Below, one piece after another: positions 1 to 10,897 of a DNA stretch of 30,401 nt. Made by a program: the position numbers and the translations under genes. This DNA comes from Cyanophora paradoxa CCMP329 (lineage: Eukaryota > Plantae > Glaucophyta), in NCBI GenBank assembly GCA_004431415.1, contig QPMI01000665.1:1-30401 (forward strand), read 5' to 3'. The stretch's first letter is position 1; each line of letters begins with the position of its first letter. The notes below the pieces were generated by a model. The model had not been told where the DNA came from, did no database searches, and was given only the letters and a program-made list of their open reading frames with translations.

Positions 1-2
1 GA

Positions 3-956
3 GAAACGGGGCTGCAGGCCGCGAGGGCCAACGGGCTGGAGGCGCTCGAAAAGGTCATCACCGAAATCAACGAGACGGGCCGCTCGGTTTTCATCCTCAA
101 CAAAAAGAACGCCGACGGCAGCACGCGCTACGATATTCGACAGGCGCGCCAGTCGCGGTACTGGGTGCTCTTCAACACGCACAAGAGGCTGGGCGCCGCG
201 AGAGAATTCGAGGTGGAGGCCTTCCGCGGCAGCCTGGCCCAGGTGCTCTCGGACGCCGAATTCTACAAGTTCATTCGATTTAATTTAAAGGAAGAGGACG
301 GCAAGTACAAGGACGATACCTTTGCAAACGCCATCATCGGAATTCGCGTGCAGGGGGGCGTGGAAGTGGGGCCGACCGACGGCTGCTTGCACGCCCACGT
401 GCTCGTCACGATCGACCACATATCGAACCTGCAGGTGCTCTGGGCAAAGTACGATTGGTCGTGGTACTCAAGGAAAAGGAGCCGGGTACGACAACCGTCT
501 ACGAGAGGCTGGGCGAAATTCTGGCCGGCAAATTCGCGGAGGCCGGAAGGAGGCTGGTGGAGCAGCTGCAGCAAGAGGCGGGCAGGACGCGGAGAGAATC
601 CTGCAGAACGCGGAGCTCATCGACGACCTGAACCGAGGGAGAATCGGCATGGGAAAAGACCCGCCCACCATCCTCGCCGAGCTGATTCCGGAGAAAATTA
701 CGGCGGGCGGCTGCAGGAGTACCTCACGAAGACGCTGCCCGAGACGCAGCGGCGCGACCTGCTGAAGCAGTGGTCGCACGCGCGCAACCAGAATAACACC
801 GACAACAACACGGACGGCTACCTCTTCTCCATCTTCCAGACGGAGTCCGCCCCCTCGGACGATCCGCGCTTCGCGCCGCAGGCCGCCGAGATCGGAGGGC
901 TGGGCCGCGGGCGCGGAAAGGGCAAGGGGCGCGGAAGGGGCAGGGGCCGCGGTTAA
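3..956 (+). CDS. HUH-superfamily (Rep-like) endonuclease, 5'-truncated by window, three internal frameshifts
   Basis: Frame is open from position 3. Motif I-like SRYWVLFNT (~150-179), motif II GVEVGPTDGCLHAHVLV (HAH at 390-398), motif III QEYLTK (YxxK at 720-731). The sensible path between II and III switches frames (VVLKEKEPGTTTVYERLGEILAGKF; AERILQNAELIDDLNRG). Ends in a GRGRGKGKGRGRGRGRG tail. Confidence 0.6.
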   Translation, partial: ETGLQAARANGLEALEKVITEINETGRSVFILNKKNADGSTRYDIRQARQSRYWVLFNTHKRLGAAREFEVEAFRGSLAQVLSDAEFYKFIRFNLKEEDGKYKDDTFANAIIGIRVQGGVEVGPTDGCLHAHVLVTIDHISNLQVLWAKYDWSWYSRKRSRVRQPSTRGWAKFWPANSRRPEGGWWSSCSKRRAGRGENPAERGAHRRPEPRENRHGKRPAHHPRRADSGENYGGRLQEYLTKTLPETQRRDLLKQWSHARNQNNTDNNTDGYLFSIFQTESAPSDDPRFAPQAAEIGGLGRGRGKGKGRGRGRGRG

Positions 957-977
957 TTAATCTGACGCGCCCGCAAG

Positions 978-1248
978 ATGTTCCAGGGGGAATGCACCCA
1001 CTCGGACGTCATCACCGTCGTATGCGGCGCGCTCTTCCTGATTTCCGAGCTGCTGGGCGGCACGGAGCGAGTGCGCCCCAACACCGTGCTGGGCGCCCTG
1101 AAGGCGGCGGCCCTTAGGGTCGTGCGCCGCGGGCAGCCCGAGCCCGAGCCCGAGCCCCCGCCCGAGCAGAGGCGCGAGAGCGTCCAGAACATAGGCCCGC
1201 ACCACGTGGACATTCAGATGACGCAGACCGGTACGCGTTTTTTTCTAG
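978..1248 (+). CDS. Small membrane protein (3' end uncertain)
   Basis: Hydrophobic segment VITVVCGALFLISELLG followed by VRPNTVLG and a PEPEPEPP linker; upstream motif at 961. The ORF track runs to 1358, but the next gene's motif and ATG (1244/1261) suggest the real stop is the TAG after the T-run. Confidence 0.5.
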
Positions 1249-1260
1249 AGAACATGGGAA

Positions 1261-1610
1261 ATGGAGACTCCCGCGACACCAGCCCCCAGCGCAGAGGCTC
1301 CAGCGCCCACCAACACCAGCACCAGCAGCAGCACCACGGCCTACCCTTGGCTTCTTAGGACTTACGCGCGAAAGAAGCAGCAGCAGCCGAAGGCACCGGC
1401 GGAAATGGCGGCTGACCTGGATCGGTGCACCCGCCGCGCCATCGCGAGCTACGCCAAGCGGGTCGAGCAGTACCACCCCAGATGGCAGAGGACGCCGGGC
1501 GTAACGCGAAAAACCCCGCCGAGCCCGCCGTGATGGCCGCCGTCATCGACGGCTGCAGTGGGCGCTGCACGAGGAGGAGAGCGCGTCAGAATTTCTTCAT
1601 GCCCAAGTAA
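1261..1610 (+). CDS. Hypothetical viral protein (frameshifted)
   Basis: GGAAATG start 17 nt after TTTTTTTC; ORFs 1261..1533 and 1425..1610 join into one plausible protein ending at the TAA before the next upstream motif. Confidence 0.45.
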
Positions 1611-1629
1611 ATTTCTGAAAGGGCCTTAA

Positions 1630-1821
1630 ACCCGAGAATGATGCCCTGCCGAGCCTCGACAACATCCTCAGCGATTCGCGCTACCTGGGCAGCCTGCTGA
1701 CCTCGGCGCCGTTGCGTACATGTCGCCCGCGCGCTACTACCTGCTGCGGATCCTCCTCGCACAATTCGCGGGCTACTACTTCTGGGCCCACCTCCTGAAC
1801 ATGGGACCGAAGCGGGCTTAA
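1630..1821 (+). CDS. Small hydrophobic protein missed by the ORF track (damaged ATG, one frameshift)
   Basis: After motif ATTTCTGA (TC at 1614), CCTTAAA[tg]CCCGAGAAT gives (M)PENDALPSLDNILSDSRYLGSLLTSA, then shifted AVAYMSPARYYLLRILLAQFAGYYFWAHLLNMGPKRA-stop. Confidence 0.5.
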
Positions 1822-1840
1822 TTTCTCAGCCCCCCCTTAA

Positions 1841-2293
1841 AGTCCTGCGTTAACCTCTACGTCCAGTCGAACGGAGAAACGCAGGATTCCGAGGGCTTCT
1901 GGCGCCTCAGGCTGAACCAGATCCCCTCCGACATCGACACGCTGCAGATCAAGGAGTCTACCTGGAGCTGGACACGACCGCGATTCCGGACCCCACGCCG
2001 CGAAAACCGTAAACGTGCTGCTGATGGACGCGCCCGACTTGAACGTCACGACCATCTCGAACGTGAACTCGTGCATCAACAAAGGTCGTGATCCCGACGT
2101 GGGGCCACGACGGCCTGGAAAACACCATCCTCTACTGGTTCGAGGTGCCATGCCGTGCGCCCCAATTACGGCGTACGACAAATTCCAGGAGCTGCGCGTG
2201 CGCTTCACCGACATCACGGGCGCGACCAAGAAAGAACAACGCCTTCATCGTCAAGAACTTCGGCCTCTGGCCTACGCTAAGTAGGCCGACTAG
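1841..2293 (+). CDS. Putative minor capsid (penton-like single jelly-roll) protein, damaged ATG and frameshifts
   Basis: A[t]G exactly 17 nt after the motif at 1824. Reconstruction: (M)SCVNLYVQSNGETQDSEGFWRLRLNQIPSDIDTLQIKE..YLELDTT..VNVLLMDAPDL..ILYWFEVP..FQELRVRFTDITG..FIVKNFGLW. The pattern of short alternating beta strands (lyvxS..F.l.l..I..lqi; l.vrftD..G) resembles Polinton-like virus/NCLDV pentons. Confidence 0.45.
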
Positions 2294-2313
2294 ATTTTCG
2301 CAGGCCCCCTTAA

Positions 2314-2783
2314 ATGCGCCTGATCATATTCCCGCGAAAGGGCTCGGGCGTCAAGACGCGTACCTTTACGGGCGTGCCTGGCTACCCCTCGCCCCTTGCT
2401 TACAGAGTCGATCTTGTAACCGCCTCTGGTCCAATTAAATACGGGCTGCTGCACAGCCTCAGTCACATCCGTCTCGGCGAGAGCGCATGGCAGGACTTGG
2501 CCTTAATCGTAGAATTCGAGTACAGGGGGGTAGACACGCTAACGGGCGAGCACTTCTACAGGGTACGGGTAGCAAGGGAGGGGTACTCGCTGCGAACGGC
2601 GCGGGCGGGAATACTGGAGCCGAAATACGCGATGCCTCCGAGCCTACCGCTGGCTGCGCGACGAGCAGATCACTATCAGGCCCGATTACCCCTACGCCGA
2701 CGTTTTCTGGCAGGTGCCCGTGGCCGCTGGACAACGGGCGAGGTGAGCGCAAGCTGAAGTGGACGTGGGACGCGGAGCATTAG
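2314..2783 (+). CDS. Hypothetical beta-rich viral protein (frameshifted near 3' end)
   Basis: Motif ATTTTCGCA 16 nt before CTTAAATG; ORF 2314..2757 likely joins the frame ending KLKWTWDAEH-stop (2783), immediately before the next motif. Confidence 0.5.
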
Positions 2784-2808
2784 TTAATTTTTCTCTCTCG
2801 CGGATAAA

Positions 2809-5800
2809 ATGTCGATGCTCGACGACCCCTGGCGCATGGCCATCCCGAATCCGGACGAGGTGCTGAACGGCGCTTCGCGATAGACGGGAGCCTGAGCGTG
2901 AGGGGAATTTACGCGGATGAGATAAGGCTGCGCAAGGGCGCGACCTACAGCGATTTCCTGACGTCCGTCGGTACCTTGGACGATTACGGTGACCTCACCG
3001 CAATTATCAAGGGCTCTGGGGCGTGACGACCGAGACGGGCGTGGACTGGAACATTATTAAGAGGGCGGCCGACGTGAAAATCGCAAACTCCGTCACAGCA
3101 AAAGATGCCACCTGAACCTCGTGAAACTGACTCTAAAGGGCGCAGAGGGAGACGTGAGGCCCGGGTACAACGCACTCGAGCGCATCGCGGGCCCCCTGCG
3201 CCACATCTACTGGAGCGCCAGGCGCTGCCGAGCATGGAGCCCGAGCAGTACAGGCGCGACAGGGAGGAGTTTTTCGCGTGGTTCGACCACTTCAAGGTCA
3301 ACATCCGTGCCTGAGCGCCGACAGGACGGGCGAGACGCCGGAGACGACGGCGGGGGCCGCATCCCAACGGCGCCCGACGTGCTTCCCGATCGCTCCGACT
3401 GGGCGAAAACCCAGAACTGGGCGCTGAAGGACCACTTCCACGACGAGAGGTACGCCCTCGTCAAGCACCCGCACGTGAAGGCCGACATCACGGACTGGGC
3501 GCACCGCCACCTGTACGACGACATCATCGGCGGGCCCAAGTGCCGGGCGCAATTCCTGGTGGGGTACGGGCGGCGGAAGCACGGGAGGTGGGTACAGCAC
3601 CGGGGGTGGGGTACAGGCACCGGAGCGGGGTACAGCACGGGGCGGAGGGGCGCGGGCGGCACGCCAGTGGGCGGGGTGGAGGCAGCAGCAGCTCGGGTGG
3701 CGGCGGATCGGGCGGGACGGCATGGATAAGGTAGCAGGCCTTGCCACTTCAACGGCCATCTTCGGGGGCGCCCTCATCGTAGGCGGCATCAAATACTACA
3801 AGGATCGGAAGGGGTTCGTGAGGCAAATCGACGAGCTGAACGCGAGACCCCCCATTAAATTCGATTCCGAGGACGCGCAGCGCGAGTACTACAAACTCGA
3901 GAACGAAAAGAAGCAATGGAGCGAGCTGAAAGACAAGGAAATGACAGAGGTCGCGGAGAAGAAGGCGGAAGCGAACAAGCTGATGACAGACGCTCAAAGG
4001 CAGGAAGAGAGCGCCCTCACGGCGCTAAGGTCGGCGGAGCGCCAGGTCGCGGAAGAGCGCACGAAAATGATACTCGATGCCGAGGAGGAGCTGAAGAGGC
4101 TAAACGAGCAAAGGGAAGCCGCCAAGGCAAAGAAGCTGCAGGAAATCGAGGCGCTGACTGCCGGCACCGAGCTGCTCGAGGCGCAGAGGAAAGAGATCGA
4201 GGACAGGAAGAAGAAATTGGAAAAGGAGGCAGAGACGAGAAGGCAGCTGCTGGAAGAGGAAGAAGAAACGAGGAGAAAGGCGGGAGAGCTGCAAACGGGG
4301 GCGGTGCAGGAGGCGAACAGGCTCCGGGAGGAGATCAAAAATTTAAAGAGGCGGCCGAGCGGGCGGACGAGCAGTCGAAAAAATTCAAGGCCAACGCGGA
4401 CGAGCTGGCACAGAGGCTGCTCAAGTACGCGCCACGGCAGAGGCTCGCTCGCCCATGGGGACGGCCGAGACGCAGACGACGCCGAGGCCCGATCCGAGGC
4501 CGGCCGCCGAGAGGCTGCCCTTCGCGCGGCTGGGTAGGAGCGACCAGGTGGAAGAGCTCATTGGCCTCACGCTCGAGGATCAGAGGGCCCTCTTCGACGC
4601 GTTAGAGCAGCGGCGCAGGGCGGACGAGGAGGCAGCTGCCAAGACAGAAGAGGAACGACTGAAGGCAATGCAAACTGCATCAGACGAGGAATTTGCACGG
4701 CTGGAGGAGCCGAAGGTAGCGGAGCGTAAGCGACGACTGGAGACGTTCAGGGGGCGCAGATGGATTTTTACCGCTCGGAGCTCAAAAAACTGAAAGAAGG
4801 AAATGCATCGGGGACAGGGTCCGCGCCATGGAAGAGAACATGCGCGACTTTAGCTACGTTATGGATCAGCTGACGGGAAGGGTCAGAAAGACGCCGAAGA
4901 ACTGAGGAGAAAGATGGCCGATGAGAAGTGGAAAAACTTGAGCGTCAGGCTGTTCAGAGGCCCATCAGCGATGCATCTGGATAGCGTACGGCGACGTGGA
5001 GGAGATGCACCGCGAACTGCGGACGGAAGCGAGCCTATGGCGGGGAGCCTCGAATGGTCATTGTACCGGATGCAAAAGGGAAAATTCGCGGCAGAGCTGC
5101 GAGCCAATCCGAAAACGGTGAGCGCGGGCGCACAGAGCGCGTACCTCTCCATGGTCGATTACGTGGGCAAGCTGAGCAAATTTTGGGAAATGCGAAGAGC
5201 CATCATTCCAGCGAGGGCTCGCGCAGTACGATGCCATGGTGCGCGATCTGGAGGCCTTCAAACGTGAGCACCCACCCGCCAAATACAAGATTCACATAGA
5301 TACGACGGCATTCATGGGCGATCTAAGGAAGAGAGGAGACGAGGCCAAGAGTCAGATCGAGGAGCGCTACAGAAAGCCCAAGCGACAAGGAGTACGCAAA
5401 CAGGGTGATTGAAGAGCGCAAACAGCAAGCAAAGGAGAACGCGGCTAGACGCAACGCCGAGATAGAAGAGCAGAGGAAGAAGATTGCGGAGCGCAAGGCG
5501 GCAGAGGAGGAGGCGAGAAAAACCAAGGTAGAAACAGAATACCAAGCATTGAAACGGGAGGCCAGTCAACTATTAAAAAGGAGGGGAAGGGCGTACGCCG
5601 ATGAGGGCGCGGGCGTCGGCTTGGCCAGCCCAGACGACATCACACTCGCGGAGAGGGACGACGTTTCCGTGGAGGAAATGCGCCCGGGCACCGCCCGCCT
5701 GCCCTCCGAGGGCGTGTTTCAGACGCTCGACAGGCGCGTGATGGGCGACTCGGACGTTATTTTGCGCAACGCCCTGATGCCCTACGGCGACTGGAACCGC

Positions 5801-7968
5801 GCCACCGCCGACGCCCTTGCGGATTTCGACCTCGAGCGATTCACCACCAAAGAGCAGCGCGACGCCTACCTGGGCGCCCGAGGGCAAGGCGGCCCGGGTG
5901 GCCAAGGAGCCCTCAGCGCCGAGACGCTCTTCTCGGCGGCGGGTACGGCGAACAACGACGGCATGTCTTTCGGGGCAGCCGATTTATTTCAGGGGGCGGC
6001 ATCGACTTGGTGGCGCCGGGCTCGGGGTACGGGCTCGCGGCCATGCGGCGGGCGGCGCGCGGCGGCGGGCCTTGGGCTGGCGACGGCCGGCGGCCTGCTC
6101 TCGGCCTACCAGGCGCTCTCGCAGGGCAAGATAGGGAGGCGGAGTTCTTCGATACGTTCCGCGATCAGATGATCATGACGGTCGGCTCCTTTGGCCTGCA
6201 GACGGGCATGTCGTCCGCCCTGAGCGCCCTCACGAAAATGAGGATCGGCACGGTGGCGGACTTGGCCTGTCCATCCTCGCGGGCGCCATCGCGCAGGTGA
6301 TCGTGGATATCATCAACGGGCGCAGCGCGGAAGAGATCGTGAAGAACTTCTTCAAGTACCCCGTCGACTGGCGGCCGACACCATCCAGTTCATTGCGCAA
6401 TTATCGCAGCAGATCTACGACTGGGGCGTCGAGACGTGGGCGACGAGGCGAGCCAGCTGCGCAACCGAATTAATCGGCTGGAGGGCGAGCTGGGCTCCGG
6501 ATTTGTGGGGTGTACGACCCTCGGAGGCGCGCGAAATGGCCTCTCTCTTGGCCCAGGAGCTGCGGTTAAACGAAATTAAGGAGCCGAAGGAGCTGCAGGC
6601 GTTCATTCGCGCGCTCGACAACAGCATCAACGATTACCGTACCCCAAGGACCAGAAGACCCTGCTCGAAATCGATCGCGCGACCGTGCTCTTCCTCTCCA
6701 GCTCACCGTTAAAATGCAGGAGGGCTTCGGTCGACTTCGCTCGCCCTGAGTCGACTTATGCGCGACCTGAAGCAGATGATAAAGGAGGAGACCAAGGGCG
6801 GAAGCGCGTCTTAATTGCCGTCTACCAGGAGGGCCTCAACAGGATCAATCACATCGAAGCCCTAAGGCGCGAATTCGGCTCGGCCATCCGTCACTCGGCG
6901 TCTCGTCGAACGGAGGGGCGCAGGTGGCCCGCCTGGCCGACGCCAACTCGCGCCTCGAGATTCCCGGTACCTTCCGCATGCAGGATTGGTGGGAGGCCGA
7001 GGCCTTCAGGAATTACGGGGCCTTCATAGACAACGGGATCAATTCCCAGAGCCCCAAGGCAAACTGGCTGGTACCCAAGGCCTACGTCGATAAATTGATG
7101 GACAGGCCCGCGGCACCCTACAGCAAAAAGATCGCCAAGGGCATCGAGTACTGGGCGCCCGAGCCTAACCAGCCCGTCTTTGCGTCGCAGAACTACGAGT
7201 GGCACATGGCGCCGGGGGCGAGTCAGGCCGTCAGCACCGTGGGCGTTGCCGTACCGCAGCTGGCGGCCGTGGCGCATACAGGAGAGTACCAAGATCTAAA
7301 AGGGAGGCCGACGATACCGACAATTCCAGCAACTTGGGCGTGGGATAACATCACGGGGAAGCCGAGCACGTACCCCCACGCAGACCACCAGCACACCCTC
7401 TCCCAGATCAGCGACTGGGAGGCCCCGGATTTGTCAAACATCACTGTGGACTGGGAAACGCAAGTTACGGGCAGGCCAGCCACCTTTCCCCCCTCGACTC
7501 ACAGTCACAACGTGGACTGGGAGACTCAAGTTACGGGGAAGCCTCTCACCTTCCCCCCCTCTACGCACAGTCACACAGAGTACTCGCTCACCGGCCACGG
7601 GCACAGAAACGTGAACATGGACGCTTACATTCAACACGGCACTTTCTTTCACACGTACTCCGCGAACACGGCTTTCGATCTCAACACAACATACATTGTC
7701 ACGTTCAACATGAGTTTCCCGGAAGCGTACGACGCAGGTGGTGGCTTGTTACCTGTATGGCCCCAGCCAGGGGGAACCACCGCCAAACGTAACAGTTACC
7801 CCATCCATAAAACTTGGAGTGGATGTCGACATGACAGTGAACGTCTACGACGTCACCTACACCGGATTTGTCGTCAGAGTGAGGTTCAGGCCCACGATGT
7901 CAGAAACGATCATCGAATCTAAACGGCTCACGATCTACTGGATGGCAGCGGGCAAGCTGCTTATGTAA
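2809..7968 (+). CDS. Giant (~1,700 aa) structural protein: TM segment, long coiled coil, tape-measure-like Gly/Ala region, fibre repeats and C-terminal fibre-tip domain; many frameshifts
   Basis: Starts ATAAAATG 17 nt after the motif; no other intergenic motif was seen until 7976. Overlapping + ORFs (3121, 3722, 4455, 4914, 5405, 6007, 6503, 6685, 6924, 7738) chain continuously. Contains LATSTAIFGGALIVGGI, E/K/R heptads, GLGLATAGGLLSAYQALSQG, YQDLKGRPTIP, WDNITGKPSTYPHADHQH, and IQHG..VTFNMSFP..TGF..IYWMAAG. Confidence 0.6.
7446..7577 (+). repeat. 66-bp coding tandem duplication (fibre repeat VDWETQVTGxPxTFPPSTHSH)
   Basis: Two copies starting at 7446 and 7512, differing mostly at synonymous positions. 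Confidence 0.9.
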
Positions 7969-7992
7969 TCGATTTTCTGATGCAATCCAAAA

Positions 7993-8813
7993 ATGTCAGT
8001 TGCTGTTCCTTTGTTCACCTACGCTGCCAGCGTGAATCACAAGGGCGATCACACGATTAAGGAGACCACCTCGGAAACCAGGCCACCGAGGCCCCTACAA
8101 CGCCACGGCCGTCCCTTCTCCGAGGCCGATCTCGTGCGAGTCGGCGAGCTGCGCTGCGATAAGATGCGCACGCGGAGGGCGGATCGGCCGTGCCGGGCGC
8201 GTGAAGACGCAGAGGCTCACCGTCACGAACGGCTCCTGGGACGGGAGTGGTCACACCACAAACGCCCTGACCTTTAACGGTACTGCCGACGGGGAGGGAA
8301 TGCGGCGCTCTACGTGCAGGGGGGAGGGGCGGACGTGGTGGGCGGGCTGCGGGTCAACGGGGCCGCAACAATTACGGGCTACCTGAAGCACCCAAAGCCG
8401 GCTTTCTGCGTGGGCCTGAAAACAACGTTTGTAACACCAGCGGAAAAGGGGGTCATCAAACCATGGGGGTGGGCGTGGATCAACACGGGAGGCTTCAATA
8501 CGACGGAGGGCACATTCACGGCACCCGTGAGCGGGGTGTACAAATTTACGCTGTCGGCAACCAGTGCTGTCGCAGGGGCCCTTTCCGTCACGCTGCGGAG
8601 AAACGGATCGGAAGGCGTGGATGGTGCGAAACCCTGGGCGTACACAAGCGAATCCGGCGATAACCGCAACCTTGCATTTACGTTCATGTGCACTCTGGCA
8701 CAAGATCAGTACATCGATCTTTACTCCTGGAGTGGTCAGTACCTGGGCGAGGATTGAGTGTCACACCCAGTGGCTTCACCATATTCACTGGCGAGCTTGT
8801 TTACATGACGTGA
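7993..8813 (+). CDS. Fibre/spike protein with C-terminal C1q (TNF-like) domain, frameshifted
   Basis: PAFCVG..WINTGGFNTTEGTFTAPVSGVYKFTLS..LRRNG..LAQDQYIDL..(shift) SGFTIFTGELV matches the gC1q consensus; N-terminal half stitched from ORFs 7993, 8201 and 8314; motif at 7976. Confidence 0.75.
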
Positions 8814-8831
8814 GTCTTGGTGTAGAACGAC

Positions 8832-10858
8832 TCAGAGGCCGTACTTGGCCTTAAGGTGCGTCATCAGGCTGCTGATGTCGCCCGCGGAGCCGGAGCGCCC
8901 GACAATGATGATCTCAGCGACAAAGGCGTTGAGGTACCCGCCCCAGACACCAATGTTCCTCCAATGAAGCCGGATGTGCGGGCCTGTGCAAGGGCAACCG
9001 TAGAGGGTCCCGTACCTCCACGCGCCCGGATCGCGGTAGCGCCCCGCCTGCAGCGAAGACCAGAACGTACGCGACGTGTCCGTGAACTGGCATATGAAGA
9101 CGCTGTAGGAGATGTCGATGTCGTCTGGGGCGTGGTCGTGTACGCACTGTACGTCGTGGAATTCGGGCTGACGCCTGTGACGATCCGACCCGGGTCGTTC
9201 AGGTCGTGCATCGCGTAAATGATGCCGGATACGTCCGATACCACGCCGATGTTCCAGTAGTTCGTGTGATCTACGCTGCTTATGGCCTTCACTACCAACG
9301 CGACCAGGAACCCATTCGGGTAAGCAACGTTGTTGAACCGCGACAGGTGCGCCGAAAAGTCTAGCCACTGGCTGGAAGCCGACGTGAAGCGCAGCGCCGG
9401 CTTGCCGTTGCTGGCGTTCGCGACGAAGGTAGGGCGGTTTGCCGGCGTCGACTGCGTTGCGGACTCTGCGGTGTTCGCGAGGTTCTGCCAGCTGCTGACC
9501 GCTGCGCCGTCTGCAAGCGAGAGGGACGAGGCGTCGAAGTGCTGCACCAGATCTGTACCGAACTGAGCGGCAACGGAGAAGAGGGTGACGCTGCTGCTTC
9601 CCGAGGAGGGGCCCTCCTCGCCCACCTGGTTGACGCCCTTGACGGTGTAAGTGTACGTGGCCCCGTAGACGGCCGTCGCGTCCGAGTAGGGGCTGGCGCT
9701 GGCGTTCGCGAGGAAGGCGCCGCCCCTGTAGATGTTGTAGGAGACGGTGACGCCCGTCGCCGGCGCGGACCACGCGAGCACCACGGGCAGCAGCTGGGGC
9801 GCCCCTTCCGTCGGGGTCGCGGTGAGCCCCGCGGGCGCCGCCGGGTCCGTGGTGACGTAGACGGCCACGCTTGTGAGCCCCTCCCCGCCCAAGTTCGTCG
9901 CGGAGATCTGGTACTCGTACCCCGTACCCCAGACCGTGGTCGCGTCGCTGTAGGAGTTGGTTGCGGAGTCTGTAAGGTAGGCCCCATCCCTGTAGATCTT
10001 GTACCCCGTCGCCCCCGTGGGCGCCGTCCACGCTAAGCTGACGGGCTGCTGCTGATCGTCGGGTGCAGTCGCCGTCACGTTCGTGGGTGCCGCCGGCTTC
10101 GTCCAAACAACGAGGGGATCGGACTTTTCGTATTCGACCCCGCCCACGATGCCAGCCACCTGGTAGGAGTACTCCGTGCCCCATGCGAGGGCAGTGCTAT
10201 CGTCAATGTACGAGGTAGATAGTCCGCTGCTCGCAAATCCGATGGGGGTACCATCCCTGTAAATGCGAATCGAGTCCGCGCCCTCCATGGCCACCCAGTT
10301 GATTGTGACAACAAAGGTGGGCTTCGGGAAGCCTGCAGACGCGGGGCCGCCCCCTGCGATAAAATCGCCGTAGCTCTGGGCCGTGGCGGTCGTGAGCGTG
10401 GTGTACGCCTCGATCTGCGGGCTGAAGCCGCCTATGCCTTGGAAGAGAATGTAATTGCTCATAGTGCCCTCATGCGTGTAGAGAAGCGACTGTGCGTAGG
10501 TGGTGGGCGGGGCTTTGCCGTGAGAGCCCGTGCTGCTGCTGCCCTGCTCGCGCACCGCCGCCACGCGGTAGAGCCGCAGAGCCCCGAAACTAAAGGGCGA
10601 GTCCGTGTAGGTGACGGTTGGCGCATTCACCGTGGCCACGAGATCCCAGGGGCCGTTGATGCTGGTCGCCCTGTACACCTTGTACTTGACGGCGTTGGCG
10701 ACGGCGACCCAGTTCAGTTGAAATCCGTAGGTGCCGCCCCCGTTATTGAGCACGGAGCCCGATCGGACCTGGGGCCTGCTCACAGTGAGCGAGATCGGTT
10801 CCACGCCGTACTGCGGCGCCTGCACCACCTGCTTCTTCACAAATACGAAGCGGGGCAT
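8832..10858 (-). CDS. Four fibronectin type III repeats plus C-terminal LamG/concanavalin-like domain
   Basis: FN3 signatures (LAWTAPTGATGYKIYRDG..YSD..YEYQISATN; PAAPxxLTAT) occur four times, then HFDASSL..VSSWQNLA..PTFVANASNGKPALRF and, after frameshifts at ~8930-9120, YLNAFVAEIIIV..HLKAKYGL-stop. Confidence 0.85.
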
Positions 10859-10897
10859 TTTCCTCTACGATCCGAAAAAATATCTGCGCCGGGGTAA
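10859..10897. promoter_or_regulatory. Bidirectional instance of the element's conserved upstream motif
   Basis: 39-bp spacer between divergent ATGs: TCCGA-AAAAATA-TCTGC gives TCGGA 17 nt before ATG 10858 (-) and TCTGC 15 nt before ATG 10898 (+), sharing one A/T run. Confidence 0.65.
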
